Both the position numbers and the translations under genes were made by a program. Under the pieces are notes generated by a model, which did no database searches, was not told the origin of the DNA, and saw only the letters and a program-made list of their open reading frames with translations. This document shows positions 29,608 to 39,600 of a DNA stretch of 64,000 bases, one piece after another. Each line of letters starts with the position of its first letter. Position 1 is the stretch's first letter. Origin of the DNA: Bacteroidaceae bacterium (GTDB lineage Bacteria > Bacteroidota > Bacteroidia > Bacteroidales > Bacteroidaceae); contig JAZONP010000219.1 of assembly GCA_045654565.1 (NCBI GenBank), positions 4,153-68,152 on the forward strand, given 5' to 3'.

Positions 29608-29734
29608 TGGCACACTGCCCAAACACTGCCCTGACGCTCTACAAGGCACTTTTTGCCCAAATTGAGCGAACTGCCCAAAACGCCCGTTTTAGTCAGTGTT
29701 CTATGCATCCCCGCGATGGTGGCAATTAGCACAT

Positions 29735-30562
29735 TTATAAAGCTCTTTCTTCATCACAATCGCCATCAAAGTCTGAAGGCCAAGTAATTTGAACATCATA
29801 TGCATCGGCGAAACTGATATCATAACTAGAGTTGGGGTCAAAACTGGCAGGCTCTTCAAACAGACCATCGCCGCCTATTTGCGGCTCTTTCTCTTCGGAT
29901 ATGGCACAAGCAAATTTTACAAATTCCCTTGCAATATCCGCATTCATCTCATTCTCAATAACATCAGAAGCATCTCTTGCGCTAAAGACCTCATAAAGAG
30001 GCAGTGATTCTGAAGCTACTCGTTCTACTACCGATAACAATTTGTCTAAAAACTCTTCACTAACAATACTTGTATCACGAAGTTCTTTGCCATCATCACT
30101 TGTGTCAATAAGTCCTTTACCATCGGTTGAAACATAAAAATTATAAAGGACATCTTTTATTCTCAACTTATCCGATGACCAGGAATTGCCCATATCAATT
30201 CTCTTTTCAAGAAAAATCTCATCATTGATACAGCATTGGATATTGTACTCACCACAAATAATGCAATCATCCTCATATGTTTGCCAGTCACCCTCCTCCC
30301 CATCGTAAAGGCAATGGGCAAACTTTATCATCGTCGTAAGATACCCCCAACCTCTCCTTGTATTAAAGATTTCAAGTATCTCCTCACTTGTCATCTCTTT
30401 TTCCAAGAACTCATCAGAACAACGGAAAAATGCTTTTAGATGTTCCCAAACCTCCTCTATATTATCATACTCACCGAACTTCCATACCGTTTCACCTTCA
30501 CCGGCATCAATGACTGACATGGTTTGACCTAATGCCTTTAAACATAATTTCTGTGCTCTCAT
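29735..30562 (-). CDS. hypothetical, highly acidic cytoplasmic protein (cassette gene, no recognisable family)
   Basis: 275-aa ORF with no signal peptide. It is rich in D/E, has a Cys cluster CIICGEYNIQCC, and is AT-richer than its flanks by eye. It has its own TAACTTTG box upstream. Confidence 0.55.
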   Translation of the reverse strand: MRAQKLCLKALGQTMSVIDAGEGETVWKFGEYDNIEEVWEHLKAFFRCSDEFLEKEMTSEEILEIFNTRRGWGYLTTMIKFAHCLYDGEEGDWQTYEDDCIICGEYNIQCCINDEIFLEKRIDMGNSWSSDKLRIKDVLYNFYVSTDGKGLIDTSDDGKELRDTSIVSEEFLDKLLSVVERVASESLPLYEVFSARDASDVIENEMNADIAREFVKFACAISEEKEPQIGGDGLFEEPASFDPNSSYDISFADAYDVQITWPSDFDGDCDEERAL

Positions 30563-30602
30563 ATTCTTTATTTATGTATAGTATTCTTCATCAAACAAAG
30601 TA

Positions 30603-30610
30603 CAAAGTTA
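30603..30610 (-). promoter_or_regulatory. candidate -7 box (TAACTTTG) for the cassette gene
   Basis: The minus strand reads TAACTTTG about 40 nt upstream of ATG 30562. Confidence 0.4.
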
Positions 30611-30881
30611 AAGAATAATACCTTATCTGCAACTATTCCATAATTTTTCTTCGTCTATGTGCTGTTTATAAAATTACTGAAATATTCAACACATAGGATG
30701 TTATTGAAAATGTTGCGGGTAACATAAAAAACGAATCCTCTTATACCGCCTTAACGCAAACCTATAAAACACGCAAAGATAAAAGATTCAGCATTGCCCA
30801 ATATACCAGATACTGCCCAAGCACTGCCCCAACGGAATAGTCAGTTATATGCAGTTGCCTATCAGGGAATAAAGATGCTCA

Positions 30882-31088
30882 GGACTTCTTTGACGAGGAG
30901 GTTCATTAATGGACTAAAAAAGGTTTAACACCTAAGAATCAACGATTTACATTGACCAATTAGGCGATCCAGTCGGTCATTTTTATGTCAAAAACTACCC
31001 GAAAATAGCCCGAAAATGAGGCGAGACTACCCGAATACTGCCCTGAAGCTATTACCAAATCCTCCTAAAAAGGAGTAATAAGTGAGGA
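30882..31088 (+). repeat. right copy of the ~200-bp direct repeat, carrying an orphan DUF2795 3' end (..DFFDEEVH*) and a degenerate terminator
   Basis: See the left copy. Here the hairpin arm is mutated (TGACCAATTAGG). Confidence 0.85.
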
Positions 31089-31113
31089 AGGTGAGACTAT
31101 CAAACTGCAGTCA

Positions 31114-32490
31114 TCACCTCACCTTGTATTCCAAACACGTATAATAGCTGTCGTTGGCTTTGCGCTGCACGGACACCCTCAATTTGCCTGGCTTGGGAGT
31201 GACTATGATCTCAAGCACATTGCCAGAAGGTGACTTAACCCATTCATAGTGCCATTCATCGTTGTTTATAATGGCCCAATTACCGCTTACCTTTGGTTGT
31301 ATCTTGAAACGATATGCCTGACCAGAACGAAGCACTCCATTAAGAGGGACATCAACAACCGTCACAACCTCCTTCTGATATAGATCGGGGAGCGACGTAA
31401 CACTGCCGTTGCGAACAGCTTGCAACAAACGCCTTCCATCGAACCCCATCTCTGCAAGATAGGATTTATTGATACATTTCAAGCGTTTTATCTCGGGCAT
31501 TTCAAACGGTCGTTTCGCCTCAAGATTGCGCAAGTCGGCAGCTGTAGGCTCTGTCACCTTGTATTCTATTATGGTGTGATATTTGTCGTCGCATGTATTA
31601 TACCAGGACAACCTCAAGTCATCGTTACAGGGCACGGTATAATCCAGCGTGTAAATACCGCCTCTATACTTCCATTCTGTATCATAAACAAACTCATCAC
31701 CACAGATAAGCGCGAACTTGTCGTGTAGCTTACGGACACAGAAACGATAAGTAGCTCCAGGACACAAGATGCCCACCATGGGAATCTCATCGATATGGAA
31801 ATGTGCCTTGTCGTAGGTAAAATAAAACTTAGGCAGCGTTGCATCACTATTTCTGCAGTGATGGTACAGTCCTTCGGCATCTAATCCATAGAGTTCAGCA
31901 GTAGGTTTAACACAGGGCAACCTGAAAAACTCTTCATAAGAAATGGGCGACTCCAATAGCTGATAGGAAGGATCATCAGGATAATGAGAGAAAATCATAA
32001 GATAGGGATCGACATGAAACCAGCTCATATCATTTTCTTTACGAGTAAATACTCTGCCATCTACGTTCCCTGCGCCCCAAGTAGGGTCTATGAGAACGCC
32101 TGCATGTCTCACCTTGTCGGTTTCGGCATAAACCCAAGCATGCCTACCGATATCGCCACTATAGTCCTTTGATCGTCCCGATATGACATCAACCCTTATA
32201 TCAAGGGCCGTGGCTATATGATAAAACAGTTCGCTGTAAGCCTGACACACCCCTCGTCTGTTGTCCCAGCACTCATCGGCGTGGTAGATGGTGTATGACG
32301 TGTCGTAGCTGATATTGGCACATATCCAACGATAGATAGCCTTCACGCGCTCATAGTCTGTGGTACACCCCTCAGTGATGGTGTTGGCCACGTTATTCCA
32401 GTTGTATCGTGTTGGCTCGATAGTATTGGCACATAAGCTGACAGGGAACAATGCCACCCAAAGGAACAAAATGCAGATATTCTTTTTCAT
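31114..32490 (-). CDS. secreted transglutaminase-like (papain-fold) domain protein
   Basis: Signal peptide MKKNICILFLWVALFPVSLCA. Cys motif RRGVCQAYSELFYHIA, then GRHAWVYAE and LIDPTWGAG, forming a Cys-His-Asp transglutaminase core. Confidence 0.75.
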   Translation of the reverse strand: MKKNICILFLWVALFPVSLCANTIEPTRYNWNNVANTITEGCTTDYERVKAIYRWICANISYDTSYTIYHADECWDNRRGVCQAYSELFYHIATALDIRVDVISGRSKDYSGDIGRHAWVYAETDKVRHAGVLIDPTWGAGNVDGRVFTRKENDMSWFHVDPYLMIFSHYPDDPSYQLLESPISYEEFFRLPCVKPTAELYGLDAEGLYHHCRNSDATLPKFYFTYDKAHFHIDEIPMVGILCPGATYRFCVRKLHDKFALICGDEFVYDTEWKYRGGIYTLDYTVPCNDDLRLSWYNTCDDKYHTIIEYKVTEPTAADLRNLEAKRPFEMPEIKRLKCINKSYLAEMGFDGRRLLQAVRNGSVTSLPDLYQKEVVTVVDVPLNGVLRSGQAYRFKIQPKVSGNWAIINNDEWHYEWVKSPSGNVLEIIVTPKPGKLRVSVQRKANDSYYTCLEYKVR

Positions 32491-32619
32491 TATGCTAGTA
32501 TAAATCTAAATTCAAGATACAAAATTACAAAAAAGATTGACACTCAATTACCTGAACGCATAAATATAGCTATGCTTTCCCCATTAGGAAATCGGCTAAT
32601 AAATATTCATCATTTCAGC

Positions 32620-32653
32620 AATGACAATTGGGAAACGTTTCCCAATTGTCATT
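32620..32653. other. 34-bp perfect palindrome
   Basis: AATGACAATTGGGAAAC|GTTTCCCAATTGTCATT. It lies 20 bp downstream of the SusD-remnant stop and about 130 bp upstream of the transglutaminase-like gene start. TTTT follows on the + strand. Confidence 0.9.
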
Positions 32654-32672
32654 TTAAGTACTTTTAGATCTG

Positions 32673-33215
32673 CTATTCATCGATGGGTTTAAGATACCAA
32701 TTTTCTCTATCGCGCAATTTTTGTTGAAGGTTTATATCAGGAGTCAAAGGATTTGTACGTCGTGCGACACGTGAGGCTAAGTAGTCAGCACCCCGTCGGT
32801 AAGCAAAGCGCATAAGGTCATAATAACGAAATCCCTCGAAAGCACAGTCAAGAGCTAGTTCATCGCAGATTAAATCCTCAACATATTCGATCTTTTCGTC
32901 TGTAGATAGTTCGCGCGGTAGTGTGTAGAAGATAGTGTCCATTTCAATATTACCACATCCTCTCGCATGGATTCCAATCTGATTCTTATTATTTCCAAAG
33001 TCATAGAATGTATGGTTTGAGAGTATTAGTTCCGAGAACTCTTTCTGATTATACATTAGCATATTTCCCCTGCTGAGTCCATACTTGAGCATACAGAACG
33101 CAGTTTCGGGATATCCAGCACAACATATAGCCTCAGCTAACCGTAGATATATATGATTGGAGCGGTAAGTACAGATATGGGGGTACCGAGCAGGAAACTT
33201 ATCAATACTTATCAC
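32673..33215 (-). pseudogene. C-terminal remnant of a SusD/RagB-family gene
   Basis: Only about 180 aa remain, with a SusD-type C-terminal sequence (NHIYLRLAEAIC..., CDELALDCAFEGFRYYDLMRFA). The track start is a GTG. The N-terminal ~2/3 and the partner susC are absent. Confidence 0.7.
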
Positions 33216-33239
33216 ATATTGACTTTCCTGTTCCTGCGG

Positions 33240-33779
33240 TTTGTAGATGCGGAGACCAACTCCACTCTATGGGCAGATGTGGCGCATCCTATTTTTATAG
33301 GAATCCACGGAAATTCTGCCGTGGGTGACAGCATCGTAGGTCTCGTGTATGAGAACATCGACATCATCTGCCACAGCGAGCCACAAGTAGACTATCAGGG
33401 CTGCATGGCCATCAACTGCGGCGATAATAACTATGTCAAGAACGTCCTCTTCGACAATATCCGTATCGAACAGATACATCAAGGAGCGCTGCTTCATGTC
33501 AAGGTAGGATACAATGCCAAGTACTGCACCGCCCCAGGATTAGGAGTCGAAAATGTCACCTTCCGTCATGTCCGCTACAATGGTGAGCAGCCCTACATGT
33601 CTGTCATCAATGGCTACAACGAAGAACGCAAAGTGAAGAATGTCACCTTCGAGGGACTCAAGATCAACGGCCGACTCATCCATGACAAGATGCCTGGCAA
33701 ACCAGGTTGGTACCAGACTGCCGACTTTGTACCCATCTACGTAGGCAACCATGTCGAGGGGTTGAAGTTCACGAAGTAA
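33240..33779 (+). pseudogene. C-terminal remnant of a parallel beta-helix (GH28/pectin-lyase-fold-like) gene
   Basis: Repetitive beta-helix coil pattern (NVLFDNIRIE..., VENVTFRHVRYNG..., VKNVTFEGLKINGRLI). There is no N-terminal signal or catalytic region. The upstream part of the track ORF overlaps the SusD remnant. The family call is tentative. Confidence 0.45.
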
Positions 33780-33820
33780 CACAAAAGATCCATATAGTAA
33801 AGAAGAGTTACAATGGATAA

Positions 33821-33850
33821 GAGAGAGAAGGCCTTCTCTCTCCTTTTTTT
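33821..33850 (+). terminator. rho-independent terminator
   Basis: Perfect 11-bp stem GAGAGAGAAGG/CCTTCTCTCTC followed by CTTTTTTTAT. Confidence 0.75.
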
Positions 33851-33961
33851 ATACAATAAATCCAGAAGTAGTATACAATCGTTCATCCTTATATACCGAA
33901 GAAAGATTAGGGATAAATTCTTAAATAAGTGAATCTGTTTGGTCATTAGGCTAGTAATATA

Positions 33962-33969
33962 TACCTTTG
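33962..33969 (+). promoter_or_regulatory. candidate -7 box (TACCTTTG) for the lptF/G-like gene
   Basis: Matches TAnnTTTG about 77 nt upstream of ATG 34046. Confidence 0.35.
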
Positions 33970-34045
33970 CGCCACATTAGAGAGGAGAGAGAGATTAATC
34001 ATTAACGAGGACCAAGCACATTGGCACCCCCACTTTCATTGATAG

Positions 34046-35158
34046 ATGAAACAGTTACTCAGAGGCAAGTTATTTGGGAAATTGGACAGGTACATAATCA
34101 GAAAGTTCCTGGGTCACTATTTCTTTTCCATTGCACTGATTATCTCTATAGCCGTGGTGTTCGACTATAATGAGCATATCGACAAGTTTGTATCCAATAA
34201 TGCTCCGTGGCGGGCTATCATTTTCGACTACTACCTTAACTTCATTCCCTATTTCTCCAATCTTTTCAGCCCGTTATTTGTATTCATTGCTGTAATATTC
34301 TTCACCTCCAAGCTAGCAGAGAACTCGGAAATCATCGCCATGTTTTCCACAGGCACAAGCCTACATCGTTTAATGCTACCCTATATGTTTTCGGCCCTAC
34401 TCATAGCCATACTCACTTATGGATTGGGAGCGTATGTCATTCCTAAGGGGAATGTCGTGCGATTAGAATTTGAAAACACCTACAAGAAGAAAAAGAAGGT
34501 AGAGACCGCCCGCAACATTCAGATGGAGGTGGAACCCAACGTAATAGCCTATATCGAGCGTTTCGAAAGTAGTAATAACACGGCCTACCGATTTTCACTC
34601 GACCGTTTTGAGGGTAATACCATGAAGTCACACTTCACCGCGCGCACTTTGGTTTATATCGGTGACAAAGACAACCCTTACAAGTGGAAGGCCAAGAACT
34701 GGCAACACCGCATCCTCACCGACACATTAGAGCACATCGACAATGGCCTTCAGATAGACACTATCGTGCAAATAGAACCCTACGACCTACTCATATCAAA
34801 GAACCAGCAGGAGACACTCACATCGCCTCAGTTAAAGCGGTATATTGACAAGCAACGACGACGTGGTATTGCCAACATCAAAGAATTCGAACTTGAATAC
34901 CATAAGCGCATAGCCACCTCGTTTGCAGCATTTATACTTACGCTCATCGGGCTCTCACTTTCTGCCAAAAAGGTCAAGGGCGGCATGGGTTTGAACCTCG
35001 GCATCGGCATTGCCCTGAGTTTTGGATACATCGTTTTCCAAACCATCTCATCAACTTTTGCCGTCAGCGGTAGCATGACACCCATTGCGGCGGTATGGCT
35101 ACCTAATATAACGTTTCTCATTGTTGGCGTATACCTTTACTGGAAGGCGCCTAAATAA
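34046..35158 (+). CDS. LptF/LptG-family (YjgP/YjgQ) LPS export permease
   Basis: 370 aa with six TM segments flanking a central periplasmic beta-jellyroll-like region. The N-terminus has the KLDRYIIRKF pattern typical of the family. Confidence 0.8.
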   Translation: MKQLLRGKLFGKLDRYIIRKFLGHYFFSIALIISIAVVFDYNEHIDKFVSNNAPWRAIIFDYYLNFIPYFSNLFSPLFVFIAVIFFTSKLAENSEIIAMFSTGTSLHRLMLPYMFSALLIAILTYGLGAYVIPKGNVVRLEFENTYKKKKKVETARNIQMEVEPNVIAYIERFESSNNTAYRFSLDRFEGNTMKSHFTARTLVYIGDKDNPYKWKAKNWQHRILTDTLEHIDNGLQIDTIVQIEPYDLLISKNQQETLTSPQLKRYIDKQRRRGIANIKEFELEYHKRIATSFAAFILTLIGLSLSAKKVKGGMGLNLGIGIALSFGYIVFQTISSTFAVSGSMTPIAAVWLPNITFLIVGVYLYWKAPK

Positions 35159-35226
35159 TTGGCAATTCACAATTGACAATTGACAACGCAACTCATAATT
35201 CATAACTCAGAATTCAGAATTTTAAA
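35159..35226. repeat. AT-rich AATTCA/AATTGA word-repeat element in an intergenic leader
   Basis: AATTCACAATTGACAATTGACAACGCAACTCATAATTCATAACTCAGAATTCAGAATTTTAAAAT. Related word strings occur at 8709-8738 (minus strand ATTCAGAATTCATCATTCACAATTCATAATTTAAAAAG) and at 418-435. Each lies just upstream of a start codon. Confidence 0.6.
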
Positions 35227-35228
35227 AT

Positions 35229-36545
35229 ATGGATTTCTACGATCTCGACTTAAACGACGATGTTCTCGACGCCCTCGACGCGATGAATTTCACCACTTGC
35301 ACCCCTATCCAGGAGCACACCATCCCGCCATTGCTTGAGGGACGTGACCTCATCGGTGTTGCCCAGACCGGCACAGGAAAGACGGCAGCTTATCTACTGC
35401 CCATCCTCAGCATGCTTAGCGATGGAGGCTACCCCGACGATGCCATCAACTGCGTCATCATGTCGCCCACCCGTGAGTTGGCACAGCAGATCGACCAAGC
35501 CATGGAGGGTTTCTCCTACTATGTACCCGTAAGCAGCGTAGCCGTGTACGGAGGTAATGACGGCATACGCTACGAACAAGAGCGCCGTGGTCTCTCGCTG
35601 GGTGCCGACGTCATCATTGCCACGCCTGGACGTCTCATCAGCCACATCTCATTGGGCAATGTAGACCTCTCGCGCACCTCGTTCTTTATCCTTGACGAGG
35701 CTGACCGCATGCTAGACATGGGATTCTACGACGACATTATGCAGATAGCCAAGCAACTCCCCGAGAACCGTCAGACCATCATGTTCTCAGCCACCATGCC
35801 CGACAAGATACAGAAACTAGCCTCCTCTATTCTACACAACCCAGTAGAAGTACGTATCGCTGTAAACAAGCCTGCGGACAAGATTGTACAGACTGCCTAT
35901 ATTTGTTACGAGACACAAAAGTTGGGTATCATCAAGAGCCTCTTCAAAGACACTAAGCCCGAGCGTGTCATCATCTTTTCATCCAAGAAGACCAAGGTAA
36001 AAGAGATTGCAGCAGCCTTCAAGCGCATGAAGCTCAACGTGGGAGAAATGCATAGCGACCTCGATCAAGCACAACGAGATGTGGTGATGCGCGAATTCAA
36101 AAGTGGCCGTATTGACATCCTCGTAGCAACTGACATCGTATCACGTGGCATAGACATCGACGACATACGTCTCGTCATCAACTACGATGCTCCGCATGAT
36201 TGCGAAGACTATGTACACCGCATAGGCCGTACGGCCCGTGCTGGCGCAGAGGGCTGTGCCATCACCTTCGTAGCCGTAGACGACCAAACCCGCTTCGCAG
36301 CCATCGAGGAGTTCATCGGCCGTGAAGTGCACAAGTTACCTCTTCCTGAAGAGTTGGGCGAGGCTCCCGAGTATAATCCTCAAAAGACCAAAGGACGTAA
36401 CAAAGGAGGCCATGGGAAAGGACGCCATAACAAGGGGAATAACAATAGCCCCAAGGGAGGTCATCGTGGCAGGAAGGGAAAACGCAACGGTACTCCGAAA
36501 GGTAAGCCTAGCACAAATGAAGCAAACGTAAACAACAAAAAATAG
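35229..36545 (+). CDS. DEAD-box ATP-dependent RNA helicase with basic C-terminal tail
   Basis: Q-motif region, then AQTGTGKTAAY, PTRELA, DEAD, SAT and HRIGRTARAG. The tail is Lys/Arg/Gly-rich. Confidence 0.92.
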   Translation: MDFYDLDLNDDVLDALDAMNFTTCTPIQEHTIPPLLEGRDLIGVAQTGTGKTAAYLLPILSMLSDGGYPDDAINCVIMSPTRELAQQIDQAMEGFSYYVPVSSVAVYGGNDGIRYEQERRGLSLGADVIIATPGRLISHISLGNVDLSRTSFFILDEADRMLDMGFYDDIMQIAKQLPENRQTIMFSATMPDKIQKLASSILHNPVEVRIAVNKPADKIVQTAYICYETQKLGIIKSLFKDTKPERVIIFSSKKTKVKEIAAAFKRMKLNVGEMHSDLDQAQRDVVMREFKSGRIDILVATDIVSRGIDIDDIRLVINYDAPHDCEDYVHRIGRTARAGAEGCAITFVAVDDQTRFAAIEEFIGREVHKLPLPEELGEAPEYNPQKTKGRNKGGHGKGRHNKGNNNSPKGGHRGRKGKRNGTPKGKPSTNEANVNNKK

Positions 36546-36585
36546 TTTCTATTATCTCAGACATTCGAATTAGGATGCAAATAAA

Positions 36586-36616
36586 AGAGGGGATTAGCCA
36601 TTGACTAATCCCCTCT
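36586..36616. terminator. bidirectional terminator hairpin between convergent genes
   Basis: 12-bp stem AGAGGGGATTAG/CTAATCCCCTCT, loop CCATTGA, flanked by an A-run and a T-rich segment. Confidence 0.7.
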
Positions 36617-36623
36617 CCTTGTA

Positions 36624-39600
36624 TCACTTCACCACGGTTTTCTGACCGTTAATAATATAGACACCGGGATCCAATTCCTGAGTAGACTTGGCATTCAACC
36701 TTATAGGACGTCCTGACACATCATAAATCATCAACGTAGGCGTTTCGCCGTCAACCTGATCAATACCCGTATCAGTCTTCACTGTCACTACACAAGTCGC
36801 TGAGAAGTCAGCTGTCTTAGCTGTAATGATGGCAGTACCCTCCGCAACCGCTTTCACCACTTTTCTTGAAATGGTAGCGACCCTCACATCCGAAGAACTC
36901 CAGGTAATAACCTTGTTATCAGCATTCTCGGGCAATACGGTTGCTGAAAGTGTTACTTTCTCGCCCACCTTAAGTTCTACTTCTGTGTAGTTCAAGATGA
37001 TATCCGTTACAGGAATATAGCGTTTTTCCACGGTCACCACACAAGTAGCTTGTCTGCCACCAGCCTTAGCTGTAATGGTCACTGTTCCTGGAACAATCGC
37101 AGTCACCACTCCATCCTTCACGGTAGCGATGTCAGCATTCGAAGTCTCCCAAGTTATGGCCTTTTCATCGGCATCCTCAGGCAACACCGTTGCAGTAAGT
37201 GTCAACTCATCACCCTCCGTCATGGTGGCGGTAGACTGACTCAGGAGTATACCCATTACCTCTACATAGCGTTTCTCCACGGTCACCACGCAAGTAGCTT
37301 CCTTGTCTCCAGCCTTAGCTGTGATAACAGCCACACCCGGCGCCACTGCCGTCACCACGCCACGAGCGACAATGGCTACGGTATTATCCGATGTTGTCCA
37401 AGTCACCGTCTGGTCTGTAGCATAGCTGGGAGCAATAGAGGCTTGCAATGCCAATGCCTCACCAGCCATCAATGTGGCTGTGCTATAGTTTAGAGTCAAC
37501 TCAGCCACTTCCACGATGGGGAATTTTTCAAGAGCCGCCTTGGAATTAAATGTCTTGGCCGGACGGATAACAAACGAATTGCCTCCATCGGGAGTTGCAT
37601 AAGCATTGATAACCAACTGACGTTCGTTATTTACATTAATATAGTGCGACTCGTCAAAGTAAGCCACATAAGTGGTATCATACGCACCCTCCTTGAAGTA
37701 AATGGGGTCTGTGGGCGAATCGGCAAGTTTTCCGTCCTTATTCACAAACTTCTTTTCCAACGCGTGATAGAGATAGTGTGTAGCCCCCTCATCGTTAGTA
37801 AGGAAGGCAAACTGTTGTATCGCATCGTCTCGGTCAGCAACAATACCCAAAGTGGTATTCGATACCAACACACCTTCGCTTTGAGATACTGCCCATGAGG
37901 TGAGTCCCTGCGTGTGGTAAGGAAGTGAGATGTAGTAGAGTCTGTCATTGATCAGCTTAGCGATAGAAGAGACAGCATCCGATGACTTCTCGAATACGGT
38001 CACAGGACTCTGCATCAATCTAAATCGCTGCAAGGTCATACAGCTCTGTCCGCTCATATTTACCAACAGGCCAATGCTTACGGTAGTCTCCTCTGTAAGT
38101 ACGAAGCCCAAGGTATTCTTGTTAACCTGCCCCTTAGGGGTCATTGCCTTATAGGCGATGGCCTCACCCAATTCCTCTTTCACGGGCAAGGTGCTTCCTG
38201 CAGCTACGACAAGATATGATGCACCGCATTGTCCTTCATACGTAGCGTCATACTCGGCCTCGAATGTATAGTATCCCTTCGGCAATGTAATTGTCTGGAA
38301 TACCTTATGATTGCTGAGCGTATTGGCAAATCCATCCCATCCCGTGGTGACGGTAAAGGTACGTCCTTTGTTCACATCGACATGTGCTCCGGTAGTAATA
38401 TTTCCGTTAACAACAGCATTCTCCATGGTCCATCCTGTCAGCTTGAGGAAACGAGACGAATTGTTCGGGTTAACGGTTTGGTTATTGCTTGCAAAAGCCT
38501 CCACATAGTTGGTAAGAGTGGTCGCCGTGATATCCTTTCCACCAGCCTCGCTGAAATTGAGGCAGAAGACACCTTTCGACAATCCCCACGCGTCACCATC
38601 AGGACCAAAGCCTGTGCGTCGGCCATGGAGACCTCTCGAGGTTGCATCCTGCACATCACCTCCGCTCTGATTGAAGTTGTAGTAGAGTTTCAATCCTTGA
38701 GCACTCTCTGCAGCAGCCACATCGGCTATGGGGCTATTGGCATAGGTACGTAGTTGAGCATCCGTGAGCGCTTTTCCCCATACGCGGAACTCATCGATGC
38801 TACCCTTGAATGGAGCGCCCGAGGTACCAATGCTAAAGTTGCTGATAGCAGGCACCGCAGTAGAAGCGATAGATTTTGAGTAATTCAACACACCATCACG
38901 GTAGAAGCTCACCTGTCCACTATTGAATGTCACAGCATAGTGATGCCACTCACCAGGAACAACGAAGTTGCTACCCGATGACAGACTCTTTCCTTCCACA
39001 TAGAGAGTCATCTGTCCGCTGGCATTGGTCTTTACATGCATTGTCTGGTCACTCTCACCAATACCATTACAGAAAGTGTTGAGCCAAGCACTATTCATCC
39101 ACCAGTCAATAGTGAAAGCACTCTGCCCTGCAGTAATGGGCGACATACCTACGTTCACACTGGCACCATCATATGAGAAAAGCAATCCATTCTTACTGTC
39201 TGCATTGGTCACAATGAGTGCTCTTTCGCGAGTCACGTCACTATTTCCTTCATTGTTTGCTACGGTAAGAGTCACATCATACACGCCCGGTTGATCCATC
39301 ACAAGCGCTCTATACTGGTCATATAAGATATAGTTCGCCTTTTCGCTACCGATTCGCCACTCCCATTTGGTAGGTGCATAAAGCGACTCGTCGACGAACT
39401 CCACCTCCTGGCCCTTAATCACTACGGCAGGGGCTATGCTGAAGGCAGCCTTGGGCGCCACCTCAAGCACTTCAATCTGCTCAGTATGACTCTTCTCACG
39501 GCCATCGGGTGCTGTCACGGTCAGTGTCACGCTATACGTACCCTTGGCCTGGTAGCTGGTAGCTACGCTGGGCGATGCAGCTTCCTCCACATCGGCTCCA

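Noticed and set aside
33737-33946. 69-aa minus-strand ORF in the intergenic region after the beta-helix remnant
   Set aside because: It is AT-rich low-complexity sequence spanning a strong + strand terminator. It has no start context or motifs.
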